Origin: Azolla caroliniana | Lineage: Eukaryota > Plantae > Polypodiophyta | Assembly (NCBI GenBank): GCA_043228905.1 | Contig: JBHGNT010000001.1 | Location: 3,534,001-3,598,000, forward strand | Length of the DNA stretch: 64,000 nt | Reading direction: 5' to 3' | In this document: positions 52,250-64,000 of the stretch, one piece after another | Position numbering within the stretch: the stretch's first letter is position 1 | How the letters are laid out: each line of letters opens with the position of its first letter | The notes under the pieces: generated by a model | The model's input: only the letters and a program-made list of their open reading frames with translations | Database searches by the model: none | Told to the model about the DNA's origin: nothing | Translations under genes and position numbers: made by a program

Positions 52250-52490
52250 AAATTATAAAAATGCCACTCTGTTTTACCGTATTTCCTAAAATGCCACTCC
52301 ATTCCACAACTTAATTGTTTTGGGCACTAAGTTCGTTCAAAAGTTACTTGATGATTAGTTACTCACTAAAGTTAAGATGATTAGTTGCTAGGTTAAACCT
52401 ACTAGCATAAAATTCACTCAATTGTCACTCTTTCAATTTACTAAAGTTATTTATTTTGTGAATTATAGTTCATGAGAGTAGCATTTTGAT
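52250..52490. mobile_element. Possible Mutator-like MITE remnant
   Basis: aaaatgccactc occurs twice at the left, with an imperfect reverse complement (gagtagcatttt) near 52477; AT-rich interior; no TSD identified. Confidence 0.25.
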
Positions 52491-53136
52491 CGAATAAGGT
52501 TAATGTGTGTGTGTGTGCGTGAGAGAGGGAGAGGGAGAGGAGAGGGAGAGAGTTTTAATATCATCATCAAATGTCAAACCTGTCCAACAAGATCAACACA
52601 AAAAAATTTCATCATGTGAAAGACAGGCATAATTGATTCTCCATGGTAAAGAATATATAAAAAACAATTTCTAATGTGACCAATTGTTGGCCACTCAAGT
52701 AGAGTTTGATACTCTAATCAAGCACGTAGTTGGAACATGACATACATCGCCAATGAAATTTCTTATTAGTACCCAATGCCATGTCTAACATAAGAGAGAA
52801 TAAGAGGTAAGTGAAGCAAATGGCAAATTGCATATTTTGATGAGGCATTTGTGGTGTGGTGCATGGTGCACGATATGATCGTAATGATAACCAAGAATCA
52901 TCCATGTTTCTTCTTGGAATTAGATATCACAAACTTGATTAGTATGCATCAAACCAGACCTCACGGTTCCCTTCTAGCTAGAGTCTACAAATATTTTTTA
53001 CCTACAATGTGGCAGGTATTATTTGATTATTTGCATTGAGTTTAGTACAAATACAACATTTCTTGTGAAGCATATCAACTCATATCTCGTATGATATATA
53101 TCTACAAGACCTATCAGATCAAAAGCCTACATTAAG

Positions 53137-53633
53137 ATTTTGATGATTCCCCAAGCTTCAAGACCAATCAGATCAATTCAAAGTATGTCAATGATTCAAA
53201 AAAAAAAGCATATACAAGAAAATTTACAACTCAAAACAAGACTTCTTTAAAAGGTTTAACACACATTGTGCCGCCAATCTTAATGCTCAGATGACAATAT
53301 GTCACCTCTACCACATGATATAAATTCCTCTTCATATGATTATAGAATCACCAATCATTCACAAAGGATAATTAGGATATTTGTATTTTGATGATTCCTC
53401 AAGCTCCAAGACCAATCAGATCAATTCAAAGTATGTCAATGATTAATAAATAAAAAGCATATACAAGAAAATTTACAACTCAAAACAAGACTTCTTTAAA
53501 AGGTTCAACACACATTGTGCCGCCAATCTTAATGCTCAGGTGACAATATGTCACCTCTACCACATGATATAAATTCCTCTTCATATGATTATAGAATCAC
53601 CAATCATTCACAAAGGATAATTAGGATATTTGT
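53137..53633 (+). repeat. Tandem duplication, 2 x ~248 bp
   Basis: 53137-53384 and 53385-53633 are near-identical with a handful of substitutions. Confidence 0.93.
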
Positions 53634-54118
53634 TTCTTATAAAGAAAGATGAATTCAAAAGGAAAAATGTTTTATTAAGTTAATTTTAAATCCTATATAA
53701 TATTGTAATCAATCCTTGAAATTTTCGATGCTGGAGAGCAATCGTATTGTTACCTCAAGTAAAGATGTCCAATGCAAGTTTATAATATTTTGATATTCCA
53801 GGATCCATACCTTCAATAAACAGATGATGGACCACAATTTATTCCACATGCAAATATACCTACTAAATGCATGGACCAAGCCGATCAATGGCATATAGCA
53901 ATTGCATTATTATTAACAGCATGGACCAAGCCTCAGTATGATGGCTCGAACTGCAATTCATTGCTCAAGAGTAAAAGAAACCTTTCTATACATAGTTGCA
54001 AGTAGTGTACATACAAATCTTCCAGTGGGTCGGTCAATTTTACTCTTCGAAAATTAAAGCTTGGAGAAGGCAGAATAGAAACTCTTAATCAAAATCACAT
54101 ACATGAAGGCAACCTGAA

Positions 54119-57100
54119 TTATGGCGCCATTATTGCATGGATAGTGTAGGAAAGGGATTGAGCCATATCCACCTTGAAAAGAATTGTCTGAAGGGTTTTC
54201 ATAAGACTGTACTCAGGATCCAGTTTACGTTGCCATCCCTGTTACAAATATCGTTACGAAATATCAGCAAACAGGAAATGCAAATCAACAAATATTTGAG
54301 CTACAAAACACAATCAGTCTTTAAATGTTTGTTTTATTCTTTTCATTTGCAACGTAACTCAGTAGTTTGTAAATCTGTTATGAGATCACAGAAATAAACA
54401 ATGCAATTCAGTGAACATAAAGCAAATAAAGCCATACAAGATATATATTTAACTCTTTTATTAGTTTGATTTATTTTAATTCATGAAACTGCAGAAAGAT
54501 AGATCAGGAAAAATATATATACTATTCCTATTTTAATTCCAATGTGGTAAAAGTTATTTACACTTCTACTTTGCTTTCAATTTAAACAAATTATACTTTC
54601 TGAAAAGATACAGAGTTGTTCTGCCCTTAACATGGCAACAGTTTTTATTTTAAATTACAACGATGTACCTCCAACACCATGGTGGTGACCATCACAGCAC
54701 AAACTTCCCCATCAATGTTAACTCTATGTTTCCTGATCTGCTCCAATAGGTCCTGGAAACATTCTCCTGGACGTATACCATTTCCTTCTTCAGAGTTCCA
54801 CAGCTTAAAAGAAGACTCAACCCCCTAGAGTCATGCATATCAGTAAGAAATTATGAGCTTGCACGAAACAACTAGGAGAAAAAGCATAGTTTACACTTGT
54901 ATGGATAGGTCCCAAGGCATATCTTGTACCTCAATAAATGCCTTTGGATTTGGGCAAGATTGGTCACTTGAAAACTTGAGGGCATACTCTGCAGCTCTCC
55001 TACCGTCTCTTTTTGCTACAGCCCTGAAGAAGTCCAGGAGATTAGTGCGATCATTACCAGAGAGCTCTGCTGTCATGCCCACATCAAGGAAAACAACATG
55101 AGGTCTTGAAGGGAAAAAACTTTTTGAGGAACGGCCCTTTTTCCCATCAACCCGAACCAGAATATTTCCAGGATGCATATCCGCATGTATAAAGTTATCA
55201 ACCTGAACAATCATATGACATTGAATTTTGATCAGAAAGAAACTATAGGAAAAATAAATCTAGTATTCATATGCTAAGTAAGGAACTTACCAAAAGCATT
55301 TTGAGAAGTGTATGAGTTCCAATACGTGCAAGGGCACTATTAATATGACTCTTTTCTGGAAGCTCAACAAACCGAGATACGCTTTCCCCTTTCTCATAAG
55401 TTTCCACCAACACTGCTGGGTGAACCAAAGGATAAAGAGGCTTGGGAAAAGAGACATCCTTTGATTGACGGAAGTTATAAAGGAACCTACTAAGATGTGC
55501 TGCTTCCCAGGCAAGGTCAACCTGAGTTTGCATGAATACAGCAAATTGCTGAACACTTTCATCCAATCTCAACCACTTCAATCCTGGGGCAAATGTGCAT
55601 AACCTTGCAATCCAATTTATTATCACAAAATCTTGTCTGATCACATTGACAACCCCAGGGTGTCTTACTTTCACTGCAACTAGCACAGGATTTGATTTTC
55701 CTCCAGGACGATGGAAGCGCAAGGTCGCTCTGTGAACCTGTGCAATACTCCCTGATGCCACTGGATCCTCCTCGAATTCTTCAAAAATATCTTGCAACTT
55801 ACGTCCAAAAGCTTTTTCCACTGTTTGTGCTGTGTATGAGTAATTGTGAGTAGGTGCTTTCATGTGAAGCTTTGACAGTTCTACACACAAGTCCCTTGGG
55901 AATAAATCTGGTCTTGTTGCTGCCCACTGGCCCCATTTTATAAAAGCTGCACCAGCTAGTTCTAGTGTATGACACACAAGTTGTAACCAAGCTTTTCGAA
56001 ATCTGTCCCCAAATGAATCAGCAAATATGGAAGCTAGAACTACAGGTGCGAAGAGAGACAGTAGATAAACGGCTCTTAGTACAATTGTGAAAAAGTCAGC
56101 AATAGAGCATATAACTGCTGAGAAGAAAGCAGGTGAGATTTCAGACCTGTATGATGAGCCATTGCCAAGTGATGGTTGAGCCTCAGCCATGCAACCATTC
56201 ATACTACTTATAGCTAATGCTACCAGACCCAAAGTGAGGTGTGACCTTGAGAATGCAAGGCTTACTGCCCTGACAACCAAACCAAATGGAGGCAGTACAG
56301 GTTTGTAGAACATATTCTTCATATACAGATTCTGCCAGACTCTCTTCCGATAAATGAATTCATTGATGTCATACAACCTTTCCCATAATTTCTGAATGTT
56401 TGTTTTGTAGGGATGGATTGAATATCTAGCTGTTCTCAAAGCAAGCCGAGCTTCATGTATGACTCCTTGCCCTGACCTTCTTGCTAAGAAACTTCCAAGG
56501 ATATTTGCCAAGCTAGAACCCAAATTTGAACCCATCCCATCATTGCGAGAAATTGAAGAATGTGCACCTATTAATCTATGAGAAAACAATTCCGAATAAC
56601 TCCGTCGTTGGTTGTAATAGAACGTTTTCTTCAACAAATTTCTGGAAATAAGACACTGTGTTAAAATGGAGACATACTCAATGCAGACCAAACAATAAAT
56701 ACAACATCAAGGATGATATCCCTTTCACTATTCCTAATGTAAAACATTGATTCCTAGCTCAAGCATATCAACATTTTCAAAACAAAAATAGACATGTGAT
56801 AAAATATCATGAGAAAGAGCACTAAATGACATAAAACTAGCAAATAAGTACATATCAGCATAATATGAGCCTTAAGAAAACGTATCCATGTCAAAAGGAA
56901 TTAGTATGTGTCATCGGTCGTGAACAATCAGGAATAAGCAAAATCTGGATCCATAGCTCATGATTATAAATATGAGTGTATTTATCAGAATTCAGGAATC
57001 AATCATTGAATTACAGTGACTAAGGTCTGATTAAGCCAGTGTAGCAGTTAAAGTTTCATGCTCGTGTGGTACCAAATCCTTCCGTTTCTCAAGGACGATC

Positions 57101-57594
57101 AAATATCTATGCAACAAATCCATTTGAATTCGGAAATCAAATCATTGCATTATAGTATCTAAAACTGACTATGCCTGCTTAAAATTCCATGGTTATGTCA
57201 TACAAAATCATTACATGGCTCAAAAGCAAACAAAAAACTGAATTTTTTAAATCACATTCTCTCTCAACTGCCTGAATACTAGAAAAATATGGCTTCTTGT
57301 ATTTGCTTTTTCCAACTCCAAAACCTTTGTTGCTTTACAAGGCATAAAAGAAAAAACTAAACATAAGAAAGGAGGAACATGCACATACAAAACCATGATT
57401 TTGAACTAAATCCAAAAATTGGTCAATGAAACTCTACCCAACAATACTTTTATCCTTGCATCGGACCCAGCCAGTGAAGAAGCAGAAATGCTTAATTCCT
57501 TCCCGTGAATTAAAAGCAACGTCCGATATAAACATCCATAGCAAGACGCTAACCCTAGTGACAGAGAAGAAGCGTACCTGATGCAAATACTCAT
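54119..57594 (-). CDS. ABC1/UbiB atypical kinase (ADCK2-like ABC1K), 5 coding exons
   Basis: FIKWGQWAATRPDLF, PVASGSIAQVHRA, VAVKVRHP, NFIHADMHPGN, VFLDVGM, EGWQRKLDP...AIMAP*. Approximate exons 57594-57578, 56641-55290, 55202-54929, 54823-54668, 54238-54119; the first junction AG|A keeps the frame. Confidence 0.93.
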
Positions 57595-58899
57595 GAGACC
57601 AAGAAGATCTGCACCACAGGGAGAGAGACTCGAGCTGAAGATTACAGACTAGGGGAAGGCCTTGTTCTGTGACACCTCCCCTCCTTCTGGGTTTACCTCT
57701 GTCTCTGCTTCTACTCTCTGTGTCTGCATTGGCATCCTTTGTGGACACATATATGAGCAGCAGCCCTTTTATGTCCACCAAATCAATAAATTCATGCTGC
57801 GCCTTTTCTTTTAATCGTGGCGTGTGTGTGTGTGTGTGTGTGTGCCCATCGGAAGCTGTCCGGGACGACATTAAAAGAGCTTGACCGACTTTTACATTGA
57901 CCGAGCCGGCCGGCATTTCGTGTGGTCCAGTCAAAGCACATCATGCTCCGCTATGGTGTTTTACAATTCTCCCATGGTACCCAATGCCCGTCCGTATACA
58001 TTACGTACATATATGATATATGTATATATGTATGTATGTATTTATGGTTAGCCATTACTTCTTGCAATGGCTGCCTGCTCCTGTAACATCCCCTTACGTG
58101 GCAAATCGGAGACACTGATTGGATATACCCATGCCGAGGAACAATCCATGTGTAAGTAGTCGGTCCTATGAACCCAAGACTTGCCATTCCATTATCATGC
58201 ATTTCCCCTTCGATTGCCGAGGGGTTAACTAGACCTTTGTGAGCCTCTTAAGTAGAGATTGAGTTCATGCTCAGTGTATGATGCGTTTGGAGCAAAATTA
58301 AAGCCATGGGTGCCATGAATGTGCTATATATAGACATATATGCATTGGGTGTAAAGGTGAATTTTTCGGGCTATATGCACTATTCTTCTTCAACAATAAT
58401 CAAGCAAGAATTTGCCTATTGCATTTGCCTGATCTAACCATGAGCTTTCGATGTATACGGCAAACTACATCTTGAAATAATCTTATGCATAATGCAAGAC
58501 TAGTTTAGTCATTAGTAAATAGTGCATTCCAATAAGAAGATACTTATCACGTCTAAGTAACATACTTAAGCCATAACATAGGGCTAGTTTAAACTATTTA
58601 ACAATTAAATTAATTTACTAAACCGATTAACCATGTGTCAATCATCATGCAATCAATCCAAACTTAGAGTTTGATTAATATCAAGAGGTATTAATTATGT
58701 TCTTAGAAGGAAGCTACATCATCCCAAAGAGCTCAAATATATAGAGAGAGGGATTTTAATCCTCACATGTCAAACATTAACTAATGGAACCAAAAGTGAA
58801 ACATTGATCACATAACATGCGTGAAGTCGAGGAGTGACACTTGGTGCTTGAGCATCCCACTAATACAATGGTGGGGGTATATACATAAAAGGGATCATC

Positions 58900-59248
58900 A
58901 CTAGAGCAAATTGACAATGGTGTGGGGAAGGAGCCACTCGAACGTGTGATAAAGGGTATGAGCAAGCAAAGAGAGGGGAGTCAGGGGTATTGTGCTGGCG
59001 GGAGGGGGGGGGGGGGGTCTGGTTTGTCCAAAGGACTAAGAGAGTCGGTTTCATTAGTTTAGGTTACGAAAACATAGGATATATGTACATAGACATATTT
59101 GTTGTGTTGTGGAGACCTAGAACCAGCCAGGGGTAGTATCTGTAATTTTGGAAACGTTAGGGAGAGTCTCCGTCCTTCCTTCACGTCTCTGTCTCTCTCT
59201 CTCTTTGTTTTCTGTGACTCACTCACTCTGATAGTAGTAGCATGTATG

Positions 59249-59280
<32 letters not shown>

Positions 59281-59720
59281 TGCTATGTATGTTAGGTATG
59301 TATGACTGTAGCATGTATGTGTGTATGCTATGTAGTAGTATGTATGTATAACTTATAAGGAAGGACTAGAGCAAATTGACAATGGTGTGGGGAAGGAGCC
59401 ACTCGAACGTGTGATAAAGGGTATGAGCAAGCAAAGAGAGGGGAGTCAGGGGTATTGTGCTGGCGGGAGGGGGGGGGGGGTCTGGTTTGTCCAAAGGACT
59501 AAGAGAGTCGGTTTCATTAGTTTAGGTTACGAAAACATAGGATATATGTACATAGACATATTTGTTGTGTTGTGGAGACCTAGAACCAGCCAGGGGTAGT
59601 ATCTGTAATTTTGGAAACGTTAGGGAGAGTCTCCGTCCTTCCTTATAAGTTATACATACATACTACTACATAGCATACACACATACATGCTACAGTCATA
59701 CATACCTAACATACATAGCA

Positions 59721-59752
<32 letters not shown>

Positions 59753-59820
59753 CATACATGCTACTACTATCAGAGTGAGTGAGTCACAGAAAACAAAGAC
59801 AGAGAGAGACAGAGACGTGA
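58900..59820. repeat. Interleaved direct (~281 bp) and inverted (186 bp) repeat, A-B'-A-B
   Basis: A = 58900-59181 and 59365-59644; B' = 59181-59366 is the reverse complement of B = 59635-59820. Confidence 0.93.
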
Positions 59821-59838
59821 GCCATCGAGCCTGCCGTG

Positions 59839-62800
59839 ATGGGCAAACACAGCAGACGGAAGAGGCGCGACGACACAGATTCAGACGACGGCAAGCAGCA
59901 GAAGCCGAAGCAGAGGCGAAGCCACCGCAGGAGTAGTAGACAGAAGAGCAGGCACCACGATTCGGATTCGGGTTCTGATTCTTCTCCTTCGCCTTCTTCA
60001 TCTTCACAGGAAGCGTCAGATACTGTAAAGCATTCTGGTCGTCATCGGCATGCTCCTGATGACCAGGAAATTAAGGAATACCTCTCCAGAAAAGCTTACA
60101 AAAAGGTATTTTTCTTTATCGTCCCCCCTTTTGTCTCTTGAATACCTGACATTCTTTGGGTTGCATTTGGGCTCATATTATGTTTTTTTGTTCTGTGTAT
60201 GTTAGTATGGATTTCTTGTGGTACCATTCGAGCTTGTGCCAGCTTTGCTCGTGTATGATTTTCTTTTGGTTCTATTTTGCAACCGGAGTAACTTTTTTGT
60301 CCTTAACATGTTAGTATGGATTTCCTGTCATTCCATTTGAACTCGTATCACCTTGTTAATGCCTTTTATGAATTTCTCTTGGTTCCTTTTTGGAGTTTAC
60401 ATTAGTTTTCTCTTGCTTACTATTTGTTGTACTTTCCCATCGTGAAGTCATTTTTGGAGCATTTATAGCATGAATTTGATTTGGTTTCTTTTTAGAGGTT
60501 ACAATGTCTTGAAGCTTGAAGTATGACTTCATTTTTGGTTCCATTCAAGGTTGCATTATCTTTTTTGGGCTTACTATTTATGAAATGTCATTCCTAAACA
60601 TCAGCTTTGGAGTGCCCATTGAATATCGATAGCTGAAATATCTCCCTGGTGTTCAATTAATGTATATTTTCGTTTGATGACATATTCTGTAGATGCGTTA
60701 ATGATGGTTTAAAGTTCTAATATATGTGCCCATGTCTCAGGGCATTCATTACTTTGCATGTTGATTTCTGAAACTATGAGGCATGTTTCCCGGATATCAC
60801 TACACTTGGATTTTGAAGTCACTATGTACTAAATACAATTTCACTAAAAATGGCTTCTTCAGTCCAGTTTCTATGATATTGAACGTGTAATTTCTGAGTG
60901 GATTCTTCTTACTATAGCTTATCTTTACTTTCACGTGTAATTTCTGTCATTGAAGACTCTGAAGATTTGATGGCATTTAAATCATTACCTATTCTTTGTG
61001 TCAGTAAATCTGTTTGATTTTTATGGCTTACATGTTGACAAATCTGATATTCAGGCATTAAAAGTTGCAAGGAAGCTTAAGGCTGAAGCACCTAGTGGAT
61101 ACTCGAATGATAGCAATCCTTTCGGAGATTCAAATTTAACAGAAAAGTTTGTTATATTACTTATTGTTTCAGTATTTACTGCTTTTCTTTTCATTACCTT
61201 GTGCAGTAAGACCTAATAAAAATACGACAACTTTGTCAGGTTCATATGGAGAAAGAAGATAGAACGGGATCTATCTCAAAATGTCTTGCCCACTGAAATA
61301 TCATTGAAAGCTGAAAAAAAACGTCAAAAAGAGCGGTTGGTATGTTCTCTATACTCTCCCTCCTTGTTTCATTCTACAATTTCTTAAGAGAGCGAGAACA
61401 CCTTTACAAAGGTACTGCAGAGTATCATAGAAACAAGGAGATAGAAAAAAATAAATTGCCTGTATGTATGAAAACACAGCATGTTTGCAGTCTCTTTGTT
61501 GATGAGGAGTTGGTTTTATCCAGATTCCTACTGTGTTTAACATATTTTCAAATCTTTATATATATATATATATTTTTCCATTTCAGGGCTAATGTATGCA
61601 GAGACTCTAGTCTAAATTTAACATTTGTGCAGTCCAATTACTATCACTTTGTGTATATAGTATCAATACTAAATTGTAGTGGCAGTAAAACTATTTAATG
61701 TTTCTACCTGTCTGATTAGTTGTTAAAATGTAAAATTTATTTTGCAGGCAGAGATAGAAAAAGTAAAGAAAAGAAGAGAAGAAAGGGCAATTGAAAAGGC
61801 ACAACATGAGGAAGAGATGGTGAGTAAACGTACTTGCTGTTGTTTCTGGGGATGGTCTGTTAAGTTTTTGGCTATATCACCTCAAAAATTATTTTACTTT
61901 TTTCTTCATAGGCTCTGCTAGCAAGGGAGAGAGCGCGAGCGGAATTCCAAGACTGGGAGAAAAAGGAAGAGGAAGTAAGTTTTAGATTTAGCGTAAAACA
62001 TGAGGGATGTTTATACATATCCATTCTTTTTCAGGTCACATACATGCATATAGGAAAAGGAAATAATTTATATTTTATAAAGTTCTTTGTGGCCGATGAG
62101 TCAAGATCTTTGACTGTTGCAGTTTGTTGTGGAATTATTAATAAATTTCTATAACAGCTGTTAACAGCTTTGATAACCATTTTTTTTATTATATGTTGGG
62201 TTCTGTCTTAGAGTACATGCACGCATACAGAAAAAGAAATTAAATTAATTGTAACATCGCATTGTTCGGCATCTGGAATGTGAAATAAAATTTCTGCTGT
62301 TGCAATGGTCACCTTTAATAAATTTCCGTTAACTCTTTATTATTTTTCAGATGATGGTGTATCAGTAGTTTGTTTATTTGCAATCCAAGGCCATTAGTTT
62401 CATATTATTTATTATAATCCACCCAGATTATTTCTCTTTGACTTGTAAGCTGCATTTGTATGTCTGGATACTGTCCTTCCTCTCCATGTGATCAAACCTC
62501 ATTTGTGGTTATGCTGTTCTTGAGAGTCCTTTGTATTGGTGTTGGCTACCTAAAAAGAGGCCAATTGCTGGAAATAGTAAAGCCACTCATCCTGTGATTG
62601 ACGTAAATAAATTAGGAGCATATCTATAACGTCAAAAGGAATAAAGAAGTAGTTATGAGTATAAAGAAAAATTTGACTTAATCTAAATGGCTCATCTGTA
62701 TTTTGTTTGTGCAGTTTCACTTTCAACAAAGCAAAGTTCGATCAGACATTCGGCTAAAAGATGGTAGGGCAAAGCCGATAGATGTTTTGTCAAAGAACCT

Positions 62801-64000
62801 CAATCTTTCAGATGACTTTGATGTAGAAATCAACGAGCCTTACAAAATATACAAGGTGTGTTCACTGGCATTTGTATCCTAAGAGAGTGCTTATATATAT
62901 ATATATATATATATGAGAAATGGATATTTTGCTGCATGAAATTATGAATAGCTGCACAACTTATAGGCGCTAACTGATTAGTGAAATAACATCGTGACAT
63001 TCTTGCTTTTGAATGTTTATAGGTTAAATAGCCATTACACATAAAATTCAAATTACTAATTTGTTGAACGTGAATTGCAGGGTTTGACAGTGAAAGAAAT
63101 GGAGGAATTGAGGCAAGACATTAAGATGCACTTGGATCTTGACCGAGCGACTCAAACACATATTGAATTTTGGGAGGTTAGTCAAAAGAAATCATTTTGC
63201 AAACATGCTTGATGTAGGGCTTGGAGGTGTGTCTATATGTATAGTTTGCTTATGTCTTTCCTGCTCCTATCAGGCAATGATGGTCGTGTGTAATTGGGAA
63301 ATTGCCGAAGCTTGTAAAAGGGATGCTGTTGATCGTGCTCGGGTTCGTGGTGAGGAGCCACCTCCAGAGTTAGTTGAAGAAATGGGGTTGCATGAAAGTG
63401 TGGAAGGAGAGGTGAAGAACCTGCTACAAGGAAAGACCTATAAGCAGCTGGAGGCCTTGCACTTACAAATTGAATCTGAGATGCAGTCTGGAACAGCCAA
63501 AGTGGTAGAATATTGGGAGGCAGTTCTTAAGAGATTGCATATTTTTAAAGCAAAGGTATGATCTGGCTAATCTAATTTAAAAGGTCAAGTTCCATTTGAT
63601 GCATTTTTTTCTCTACATTAAGTCACATGCTATTGTTTAGGCTCAATTGAAAGAAATCCACGCCGAGCTGCTACGGAAGCACTTGAACAGGTTTCAAAGG
63701 ATACAGGAAGAAGAAGAAGGAGATAAAAAAGAACCAGAAACATTACACAAGGAGGAGAGTCCTGAGCATGTTGTCGAGAGCCCGGAACAGGATGATGGTA
63801 TGTGTTTTCGTATGGTTTCATATGCTTTCGAATGTTCATTTAATATTGAGTATCATGTCTGATGATAGATCAAATGAAAATTTAATGCATTTTAGAACCA
63901 CATGCATACTCGCCAGAGCCTGTCTCAGCAGAAGAGGGAGATTTCGCAGAAGATGAGCCTGGTTCCTTGTCACCAGAACTTACTCGTACTACTGAAGGAG
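59839..64000 (+). CDS. CACTIN: Cactin (spliceosome-associated protein), 5' part; gene continues past the window
   Basis: RS-rich N-terminus, GYSNDSNPFGDSNLTEKFIWRKK, EIEKVKKRREER, WEKKEEEFHFQQSKVRSDIRLKDGRAKPID, VEYWEAVL. Approximate exons 59839-60105, 61055-61146, 61240-61339, 61748-61819, 61912-61974, 62715-62855, 63081-63176, 63274-63555, 63641-63797, 63897-end. Confidence 0.95.

Noticed and set aside
60198-60355. Small diverged direct repeat (atgttagtatggatttc...) in Cactin intron 1
   Set aside because: Ordinary local intronic duplication with no further structure.
1-64000. rRNA, tRNA, organellar insertions or horizontally acquired prokaryotic genes
   Set aside because: None recognised by eye; the only tRNA-related sequence is the Copia primer-binding site. 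A covariance-model scan would be needed to exclude small ncRNAs.

Overview
Eukaryotic land-plant nuclear DNA with spliceosomal introns, plant LTR/LINE remnants and microsatellites; it looks like a fern or other seed-free vascular plant, but the species cannot be fixed from sequence. From 1-22 kb there is a head-to-tail array of five intronless ATL-type (TM-GLD-RING-H2) E3 ligase genes plus a decayed sixth copy. Region 18,897-27,955 is repeated apparently exactly at 35,555-44,613. The two copies are separated by a 100-N gap and a 7.5 kb block holding Copia, Gypsy and LINE fragments and a processed GRP7/8-like pseudogene absent from the ORF track; the duplication is probably an assembly artefact. 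From 42-64 kb are four multi-exon genes: GDP1-like G-patch (+, GC-AG first intron), TRB/SMH telomere-repeat-binding factor (-), ABC1K/ADCK2-like kinase (-) and Cactin (+, runs off the window). The most notable observations are nucleotide-level homogenisation of the RING tract between otherwise divergent ATL paralogues, a dense degenerate telo-box array just upstream of the TRB start codon, and an A-B'-A-B duplication/inversion making a 186-bp inverted repeat right before the Cactin ATG. No new biological system can be proven from the sequence alone; all coordinates were read by eye.
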